Source: Geosiphon pyriformis uo1 (lineage: Eukaryota > Fungi > Glomeromycota). From it: DNA of 64,000 bases. A program made the position numbers and the translations under genes. The stretch covers positions 813,538-877,537 of the forward strand of contig JAAOMT010000128.1 of NCBI GenBank assembly GCA_016748015.1. The letters run 5' to 3'. Below are positions 53,781 through 64,000 of the stretch, piece after piece. The notes under the pieces were generated by a model. It was not told the DNA's origin. It was given only the letters and a program-made list of their open reading frames with translations, and searched no databases. Position 1 is the stretch's first letter. Each line of letters opens with the position of its first letter.

Positions 53781-56519
53781 TATCTAGATGTGAAAAAGGA
53801 TTGTAAAATTACACCTCAATTATTATCTTCTATAATTCAATTCCCTCTTCCAAATCATCGATATCCATTTATAAATATTCTTTTCACTTTTACACTTTCT
53901 TGCATTCGATTTCCGGGTTATGAGTTTGATAGCTGACAATATGTATTTTAACATCGTTGGATTCCCGAACAATTTTACACCTTTAAGCCATTAGATAAAA
54001 ACTAACCTACTGAACCAGAGATCCTTTGAGGATCTAAACAGACTTATTTAATCCAAGGGTTTATTAATTCTCTAAAAAAAAAAGAGTCGACCACGAATCA
54101 CACGATTGTATTATTATGAACAAGCAGAATTTGATAAAAAGAATAAATTATGAGTAAGCACAAATAATTTAAATGAAAATCTGATAATAGGTTAGCTTGT
54201 GTGGTTTCTTTGAAAAGTTGAAAGTTATTTTAAACGAAATTAAGTATTATTACAATTTAATATAATGCTATTTTAATAATACTTGAATCAATTTTTAATA
54301 TTAATTACGTTAAAAAATATCTTGATACAAATAAAATTTTATAAGAAAAATAGTAATTATGCAAAAAATAAAATCAAGATTATCACAAATAGATAAAAAA
54401 AAGTGTGATTCTTTTATTATTTAATCTCATTATTTTTACATATTATATTATAAATATGAATTATGCGTTTTCTATACATGAGCAGTTATTTAGACTTATA
54501 TTATAACAACATTATGTTAAATTAAGATCTAAAAACAATTTTAATGTACTTATTTTGCAAATAAGGTAATTTAAATTTTTATTTTTAAAACAAACTTATT
54601 TATTTAAAGATAAATTTTTTTACACAAAATTCTATATTTTAATTAAATAGTTTTTAAAATTTCCCAAACAGTTAAATATTTTATTATTAAAATTTTCATT
54701 TTTTTATTATTTAAAAAGTAAAACATATTTTATATTTTTATAAATATTATTAATATATTAATTAAACTGAAAATTAAAATGTAAATATTTTTAAATTAAG
54801 TATTTAAAACAAAAAATTGGTTTTTTGTTTTAATATTAAACTTATTTTTAATAATTTATAAAAATAATAATCTGTATTATTAAAAAATTAATAAGCTTAA
54901 TTATAAATTTTATTAAACAATTAATTTGTAAAAATTTTAAAAAAGTTAATTTATATTTAAAATGAAATATTCTAAAACAAAATACAGTAATTTAAACAGT
55001 AATTTAAATATAAAAAAGCAAATTTACAAAATAAGTTATAATAATTCTAAATATAACAAATATCTAAATTAATTAAATTAAAAAACTAATTTTATAAATT
55101 AAAACCAAATAATCTAAAACTTTAATATATGTAACAATATTAATATTTTTTTTACATATAACTAATATAAACTTAATTATATTAAAATTACAAAAAAAAA
55201 CTTATTTAAAAAAGTTATTTTTAGTTATTTTGATATTATTAAAAATTAAACCAACTAATTAACTAATTGTTTTTATAAAATTTAATCTAATATTAAAAAT
55301 TTAAAACTTTTAAAATATTATTAATTTGTTAAAATTTTTTAATGTTTAGAATAATTTAAGTTTTTTATTATATTAAATTTAATATTAAAATTAAATATAA
55401 TTGGCTTATTACTTATATTATATTCTATTTTTAAACACTATTTTTTGTTTAAATTATCAATTATTTTTTTAAAAATATTAATATTTTTTAATTTAAAGAA
55501 TTTTGGTTTTAAATTTATTTTGTATAATAATATTATTTTCAAAAAAAAACCAAAATAATACCAATTATAATACCAATAAACTTAATAATAAACTTAACTA
55601 ATATAGTTAATTTAATTAAATTAAATTTTAAAAAAACCAATTTAGAATTAATTATAAAATTAACAACAATAATAAAAACAAAAAAAATTAAAAAAACAAT
55701 ATATAACTTAATACTAACAAAATAAAATTTAAAACTTTAAAATTATCTACAAATTTAAATAAAAACTTTAAAAAAATATATATATTTAATAATTTATGAT
55801 CAAATAGTCTAAATTAAGTAATAATAACTAAAAAATTTTATTAAATATAATATTTTTTTAACATATTAATTTTAATAATTACAATATTTTAATTTTTTTT
55901 AAAACCAAAAATAACAATAATATATAATTATTAAGTAAAATCAGAAAAATAAAAAATAAAACAAATATAATTATTAATTTAAAAAACCAAATTAATAATT
56001 TTAAAAGCAATATAGCCAAAAAAAAATTTAATTAATTTAGTTTTAAATATAATATAAAAAATAATAAGTTTTTTTTAATTAATAAAAAAAAAATTCTAAT
56101 ATTATTTTTTGTTATTAAAATTAACCAATAATTAAAAACAGTTATAATTATCTTAAAAAACTTTAAAAAAACAATAATATATTATTAAATATCAAAAAAC
56201 TTCAATATAATTTAAAAAAATTTACCAAAAACATTAAAAATATTTTTAATATTAGTAATAATAATATATTTAAACACATTATACAAAATAATAAAAACAA
56301 AAAAAAAGAACAAACTTAAAAATTATTAAAAATTTAACAAATTTAAAAATAACAAAACAAATAAAACCAACAAATTTAATTAGAAAAACAATATTTAATT
56401 AAAACTTAAAAAACAAATTTCATATAAAACAATTTTAAATTATTTTTAAATATAAATTTAACATTAAAAAAATTACGTACAAACTAAAAAACAATTTTAA
56501 TATAAGTTAATTTTATTTA

Positions 56520-59500
56520 TTTATTAATATTTTATTAAGTGAAGCCCAATTACTATTTAGTATATAGAACCAAACTAAGTGGCTTAAACTAAATATGACT
56601 TATATTTATACTATATATGTTAGCCACTTAGGTCAAATAAAATAATATTATACACTTATATAAACATGCATATTACCATCCAAACAAGAAAAAAAAAGAC
56701 ATAATATATGTTATTACTTATAAAAAATAGAAATTATAATAATAAGTAAAATAGCCAATCAGAAATAGACATAATAAAAAGAAAAATTCCAGAATTTCTT
56801 TTAAGAAATTGTAAAATTCCAAAATTTCAAGAAAACTTATATAATATAAATTATATATATATAATAAAAGTATTAAAAGCAGAAAAAATATTTAACTCAG
56901 ATAAAACAGTAGCTAACAATAATTACTTATTCTTATTCTTTTTTTCAAAAAATAGTTTTTTATAACTTAAAGTAAAATTATATTAATATCAATAAAATAT
57001 CTAATTATCATTCAATCTATATTATTGTTATTTAATTAAGAATATTAATTACTTTTATACTATTAATACTCTATGTTGATAACATTTAATACTTAACTAC
57101 ACTAAAACAATAGTTCTTGATTATAACTGTTAATAATATACTAATTTTTTATTTTTTTTTTTATTTTTTTTATTTTTTTTATTTTGTTTCTTTGTTATTT
57201 ATTAATTGATTAAAAAAATTAAGTGCTGAGTATTTGATATTAAGAATAGCCTGGTAAAAAATCCAGAAAAAAGTGTAAAAATTTAAAGATAGCTTATCAG
57301 AAAAACACAATTGCCAAAATAAACTGGCCATTACACTAAAAAAAAAATTTACAGAAGAAATTATTAATTAAATTTTTGTCTATTATATAAAAAACTTAAC
57401 CAAAACTTTCAGACTTTAAAACTTTTAGAAATTACCAACATTTTCAGCTATTGAGCACCAAGTTACAAATTTTTTATTTGTTTCAACATTCTAAATAATT
57501 ATCTGTAATAATGTTTACTAAAACTAATAGCAAAAAACTTGATAATATTAAGCAACTAAACTATTTTATCTAATAACATAAATACTATACTACAAGACAG
57601 TCCTAATATTAAACCACTATTTTTAACCAATCTAGTCTTCTTTATATTTATTCTAAATCTAAATTTTTACTAACTATGTTCTAATATAATGCAATTTTAC
57701 CAAATGTTTAATATATTCAATAATAGCAAAAGCAGTTTTTTTCTCTTTATACAAAACTTTAATAACCTTTACATATCAATTTTTTAATATAAAACTCTTA
57801 TAAACCACTGTATACAGACCTATATTTAAAAAATACTCAAAAAGTGTATGCAAAACAACAGAAAAAAATTAATTATAAGCATCTATCAAAGTAATTTATT
57901 ATATAAAAGTCTTAGCCAAAATTTTTTTATGAACACCAATATCTTGAACACAAGTAAAAATATAGTTAGACAACTCTATTTTATTACACAATAAACATAG
58001 CATATTTAAGTATCTCTTATTATACAATTTCTTTTTAATTACCACTAATAGCTGTTTATATATAGTTTTTATTAAGTATGTATACAGATTGGCAGATTTT
58101 TTACTAGTAAATTCAGAAAGCATATGCAAATTAGGATCTTAAATCTTAGCTGTAACCACTTAATTTACTCCCTTAATTAACATACTTGAAATTATATTAT
58201 GATCAAAAACAGCTTTTTATTGAATACAACAAATAGACCTAAATATTTTTTCGAATAAAATAACAAGTATTGCCAGATACAGCTGTGTTTTTAGCTACCA
58301 AGAAATATTTTTGCACTTCTTTTAGCAAAAAAAAAAGAGAGTAAGTAGTTTTATCCATAATTACATTAGTTCTTATATTGCCAAAAATTCTCAAATAACT
58401 CTTAATTTTTACCCAATTTACAGTAAAATTCTTATTTCTAATTAAATTAGTAATATGTTTTCTTTCTATTTAGCATTAATTACAAAAATTAAGCACAGCT
58501 AATATTATCTTAAATACATATGTATTAATAGTAGCTTAGCTGTTTAGATGCAAAATTACTACACAGAAAGATTGAACACATTTTAAAAACAGAATAACAA
58601 TCTGTAATTTGGTTATAGTAGAAGATAAAAGTTTATGTATTTTAACACCAATATCTATATTCACAGCTGGAAAATAAGTAACAGTTCTACTAACAATATC
58701 AACAAAACTAGTATTTTTTAAAGACCTATTTGTATAAACCTCTATAGAACCAGACCAAATTTTATGCAAACAACTTTATATATTAGAAAACTCTCTTGAT
58801 TCCAAAATATTCAAGCCAAATAACCAATTTGTTCTAATTAAATCAACCAATAAAAAATTTTTATTGTGCAAAAATCTCAATATAACCTCAAACCAATAAG
58901 GCACAGAGCCTTTAGAATCCAATTTATTTTATTGATAAAAAGTTTTTCAGTCTATTATGTTGTTCTTTTTATCTAAAAGCCTATTACTAAATACAACTTC
59001 AAACTGTTTTAAAAAATGAACCAAACTAAAATACAAGAATTGTTCTAAAATAACCAATATTAGAAACTCATTAGAACTATGAAATGCATTGAACAAATTG
59101 TTTATCAAAGACAATTCAAAGTCCAAAAAAATTTTTATTATCTCAGCCAAAAAATTGTTTATTAAACTAACATATAACTTGATAAAAAACTGCAAAGGAT
59201 TCAAAAAAGCTCAACTCAAAATCTGCAAATCTAAAAATTTGTGATTAAATAAGCATTTAAAAATGTCTGAAGTATTAGAAAAGATGACCAATACAGCTAA
59301 TTTTCTTTTAAACTGTACTTGCTTAAACAATTTTAAACCATACAAAGAAAAATAGTACAAAATTTTACTAAAAAAATCATATAGCAAACAGACTTTAGAC
59401 TCGAAGCCTTTCCTAATTATAATATTTTATTTGTAATACACATTTAATGAGACAAAACTAAATTAAGTTTTATAATTAATTATAGATTACAAAATAATTA

Positions 59501-60039
59501 ATACTAAATACAAGAACTGCTTATTTATAATAGCTTTTTTGAGAACTATATTAACAAAAAATTGAACATCAGAATGAGTCTTGGCCAGATTTGGCTTGAA
59601 CAACTCCTTAGTTAACAAAAAATTCTTAAATATCTATAAGCCTCACTTTTTTTGGCTATCAAAATTAGTAGATTACTAATTTTTAAAGAGACAACCTTGA
59701 TATTCTGGTTAATAAAAATAACTACAGTCTTCTTATTATTAATAAAAATATTATTGATCAAAAAAAATTCACTAACAATGTCCAAAACATACTGCATAAA
59801 AGTTTGACAATTTTTAATCCAAATTGTATCATTCACAAATACACCAGCAACAAAAAAAGAAGACATTCTATCACTATTTTTTATTCTGCCTGTTTTGACC
59901 ACAAACTTAATATTAATCTGGTATCTGCATAAATGTTTATGTTTTTTAATCTTACACAAAAGTGGATTGTAAAAAATCTTTCAAAAGAGAGATGAAAAAA
60001 TTTCACTCTGATTTAATTTATTATGTATTTTGTAGCCAC
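56520..60039 (-). mobile_element. LINE copy 3 (RT, RNase H, zinc finger, 3' UTR), cut by gypsy A2 at 60040
   Basis: Motifs AGVFVNDTIW (FVDD), EVYTNRSL (RNase H YTDGS) and CLLCNKIELSNYIFTC (CCHC). Confidence 0.8.
56712..57510 (+). mobile_element. Decayed solo LTR related to family A
   Basis: TATTAC...GTAATA with ATGT/ATGT TSD; inverted homology to 60040-60859. The empty site is seen in LINE copy 2 at ~2885-2895. Confidence 0.8.
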
Positions 60040-60859
60040 TGTTACAGGTAATTATTTCTGCTATTGAATTAAATAACAAACCTGTAACTTGGTGCTCAAA
60101 AGCTACTTCTATGGATGAGGTTTTGCAAGTGTTGTATCTGAAGGTTTTGATGGAGTTCTTTGTATAATGAACAGAGATTCAATAGTGTTGATAGTAGATG
60201 TATCTTTCCAAGAGTTTTTCCAATTTCTTTCTCAGTGTGGTGGCCGGATTTAGTCTGGCAGTCATGCCCTTCTGGTAAGTTATCCGATAATATATAAAAT
60301 TCTACTCTTATTTCTGGGTCTTTTACCAGGCTATTTTTAACGTCAATAATCCAATGCTTAATCTTTTAATCAATTAGTATACAACAACAAAATCAAAAAA
60401 AGAAAGAAAATAAAATAAAAAAAATAAAAATAAAGAAAATAGAAAAAATAAGCCAAGGCAATTTGGTACGTTGGTATCTCATCAATAGCCATGATCAAAA
60501 GCTATTGTTCCAGTGTGATTAAGTATCAATTACTATCAACATAAAGTGTTGATAGTAGAGAGTGAGTTGAGATATGAAATAATTATTTATTTGATAATTG
60601 GGAACTGGAATGTTGCTTATATTAAATCTAAACTGAGAGGTCTGTCTTTTCAGCTTCTAATCCTACTGCTATATATACATAATTGAGATTCCTCAATTCC
60701 TCAATTTTTTATGACAGGAATCCTGGAATTCTGGAATCCTGCGATTTCTTGTTGGAGAATCCTGAAATTTCTGGAATCTTGGAATTCCCCATTTACTATG
60801 CCTACTTCTGATTGGCTACTAATTATGCTAATATATTTCCTATATTTCTATGAGTAATA
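60040..60859 (-). repeat. 3' LTR of A2
   Basis: TGTTAC...GTAATA followed by the PPT complement TTATTCCCTCCTTTT. Confidence 0.9.
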
Positions 60860-63800
60860 TTATTCCCTCCTTTTAATATTGAGCTCTGTTGAAATCCAAC
60901 TCGTTTAATTCTCCCTCTTGAAGTATTTTCTGGATTTTATTTTTGAGAATTACTTGTGTTATTTGGGTCTGTAATTTTTCAAATTGAGCATTGGTGATCT
61001 TTCTCAATTGATTACTGGTAACCATATCCATTGCTTTGTTGAGTAATATTTCTGGTCTATTCTAAAATGCTGTGTGTATTCGGTAGATGATTCGGGCCTG
61101 TGTGGATAAGTTGTTTTTTCTCACAAAATGTTTTAATTGTTGTAGTATTCTTTTGTCGAATAATTGCTTTGTTTTATCTGTATATAGATTCTGGATATTT
61201 ATGTGTTGTTCCAAGTAAAAATAACAATAGTTTTTTGGAAATTGTTGTATCTACCAATTCCAAGTTTTTTTAGTCAACTCTTGATATAGTGCCTCTTTTG
61301 TCGACTCTTTTATTGCTAATTTTACTTTCACAATGATTTTGTCCACCATATTTTCAGTTTTCTTCTGTGTTCTGGGTTGCAATGTCTTTCTAGTATCTTG
61401 ATATTGAATGGTTTGTTGATTGATTGTAATCTTCATTTTCTGGTGTTGAATCAACTGAAAGAGTTGTTGTGCTAGTGAGTGAATGTTGTCTGTAATTTCC
61501 ATTTTTCTGATATTTTCTGTCGTGTCTACCATGTCTTTATATATTCTTTTGCTGAATCAATTTAATGTGTTGTTATCAATAATAACTATTGGTTCCAAAT
61601 CTCATGAAATCTCATCTGGTTGGATTAGTATTCTCTGTACTCCTAATTGTGGAATATTACTGGTAGATGGTAGTGTGATGTTGTGGTATGGTTTCAGTCA
61701 ATCTCTATGTGCTGCTTTGGTTAAAATTTTGTTATCCAGTCTTAATTTGTAAGCTCCATTTCCTAGAATTTCTTCTATGTGAAATAGCCCATTCCATTTG
61801 GGGTCAAATTTTTCACTCCATTGTTTTTCTGCTTTGGTATAATATAAGAGTACTTTGTCTTCAATCTTGAATTCAACTGGCTTGTCTAGTAGTTGACTAT
61901 CGTGTCTTTTTTTCTGTTCCTCTTGTGACTTTTAAATATTATCAGCTGCTCTTCTTCGTTTGTTTTCTAATGTTTCCATTAAGTCATATGTTCTTCTCAG
62001 CAATGTTTTTTGAAAATTCTTTTCTGTTATTGGTTCAGCTGGATATGTATTAATTTCTCTCTCTACCAGTAATGTTGCTGTTCTATTGTATACTAATTTG
62101 AATGGTGTTGCTTGTGTAGTATCTTGCTTTATTGTCCGATAAGCAAATAATACTGATGGTATGAACAAATCCCATTTGTCCTGGTTTTCTTGGCTGAGTT
62201 TGGCAATTGCTTTACACAATGTTCTGTTGAATCTTTTGACTAATCTGTTGGTTTGTGGATGGTATAGTGATACTAATGGTCTCTTAATTCCGAATCTTTG
62301 GCTCAATTCTGTTAATGTTCTGTTCACAAAATGAGTTTCTTGGTCTAATAATAATTTCTTTGGACATTCATGTCAACAAATTAAATCTTGATGCACAAAT
62401 TTGGCAACGGATTCTGCATCTGCTCTTTGAATTACTTTCGCCTCTGGCCATTTAGTGAGATAGTTCATGGCTACTGCTATATATCTGTTTCTTCTGCTGG
62501 TGATTGTTAATAGTCCGACTAAATCAATTCCAATCTGGTCGAATGGTTGTCCCACTTTGATTGGTCTTAATGGTTTACTGAATCTTGTTTCTCCTCTTTA
62601 CTGACAAGCATCACAATTTTGAACATATTGGATGATGTCTGGATACATTGATGGCCAATAGTATCTTTTTCTGGTTCTTTCCATCATTGCTTCTTTGTGA
62701 AAGTGTCTGGCTGTTGGATTTGAGTGCATGTTGAATAATATTGTCTCTTTCTCTGGCTCTGTAATTACTCTGGTTGGCTGATCTGGATCCCTCCTATTTT
62801 TTCGATAAAGTATATTTTGGTGAGTGATAAAATATTTTGATTGTTGTTTGATCCTCTTTTATTCCATTTGAGATAAATTCTTCTTGAACTGTTGAGTGTT
62901 TATATAATGTTGGAGTTGTTGATATTTTTGTATGTTCATTTTTTGTTATTTTTTGTTGGTATTGTTCTGGTTTTGTTATATTTTTGGGTTGAAATATTCT
63001 TAAATTTGTCTTATTTGTGACAAACCATCAGCATTTTTGTTGTCTTTTCCTTTTTTGTAATGTATAGTATAATTGTATGGTGTGAGTGCCATTTTCTATC
63101 TTGATTGTCTTCCATTTCCAAATTCTTGTTTTTGGAGTGATGTTAATCTCTTGTGGTCTGTGTATACTTCAAACTTCTGGCTCAAGTATTCTCTCCATTT
63201 CATGACTGCCCAGTATATTGCTAAGTGTTCTTGTTCTGGTGTTCTATAGTTCTTTTCGGCTGGCATTAAATCTCTGCTGGCATATGCTATTGAATGTTCT
63301 CTGCCATCTGGTTCTCTCTGAGATAATACTGCTCCCAATGCTTGGCCGGATGCATTGGTGGTGATGATGAATGGTTTGCTGTGATCTGGATAAATCAGTA
63401 CTGGAGCTTGAATAAGCTTTCTTTTCAAAATGTCAAAAGCTTCTTGTTGACTTTCTGCCCATTCATATTTAGTATTTTTGGTTTGCAGTTGGTTGAATAA
63501 CTGTGCTATATTGGAAAAGTTCTTGATAAAACGTCAATAATAGCTGGCAAATCCCAAGAATGATTTCAGTTCTGTCATATTGGTTGGCACTGGAAAGTTC
63601 TTTACTATCTCTATTTTCTCTGGATCTGTTTTGATGCCATCTTTGTTGACTATGTGCCCCAGAAATTTTAGCTCTGTTTTGCCAAAGAAACACTTTGTTG
63701 CATTTAACTTTAGTCCTACTCTTCTTAGTCTTTCGAACACTTGCTGAAGATAATGAAGATGATTATCAAATGTTTTTGAGAATACATTGGTGTTGTCCAA

Positions 63801-64000
63801 GTATACAATTACTGATTTTCACAATAAACCAGTATAGATGATTTCCATTAGCCATTGAAAAGTGGCTGGTGCATTGGTTAAACCGAATGGCATTACTTCA
63901 AATTCAAAATTCTCTTCTCTCATGGTGAATGCTATCTTTTTTTTGTCGGCTGGATCCATGGCTACTTGCCAGTAACCACTATCTAAGTCCAACATTGAGA
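60040..64000 (-). mobile_element. Ty3/gypsy element A2, 3' half (RT-RH-IN-extension-3' LTR); runs off the right edge
   Basis: Close paralogue of A1 pol. The pol-domain ORFs starting at 63800, 63428, 62555, 62327 and 61532 share one frame. Confidence 0.93.

Overview
Eukaryotic (fungal) DNA. About 85% is nested, heavily C-to-T/G-to-A-eroded transposable elements, surrounding one intact ~8 kb island of five spliced genes (46.2-53.8 kb). Gene style, Sel1 repeats and retroelement proteins suggest Glomeromycotina, possibly Geosiphon-like; this is recollection-based inference, not a search result. The TE content is: (1) three pieces of an APE-RT-RNaseH-zinc-finger LINE; (2) one full-length 10.3 kb Ty3/gypsy element (3466-13786, minus strand; 927-bp LTRs, 4-bp TSD) with a single-frame polyprotein Gag-PR-[CxxC-rich domain]-dUTPase-[dUTPase-like]-RT-RH-IN-[C-terminal extension]; (3) two more decayed gypsy elements arranged tail-to-tail and a partial one at the right edge; (4) four solo LTRs with 4-bp TSDs; (5) a pogo/Tigger-type TIR element that carries Sel1 repeats and sits inside a gypsy dUTPase. 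The gene island encodes a ZFYVE19/ANCHR-like B-box protein, Vfa1, a Gcs1-type ArfGAP, Dss4/Mss4 and a DnaJ-multi-TM protein, all linked to membrane traffic. The main leads are the unexplained gypsy cargo domains, a PBS-sequestering hairpin with a conserved anti-PBS motif in U5, the Sel1-carrying pogo element, a context-specific repeat mutator that spares RCCA and TTCGAA, and the trafficking/VPS4-cofactor gene cluster.
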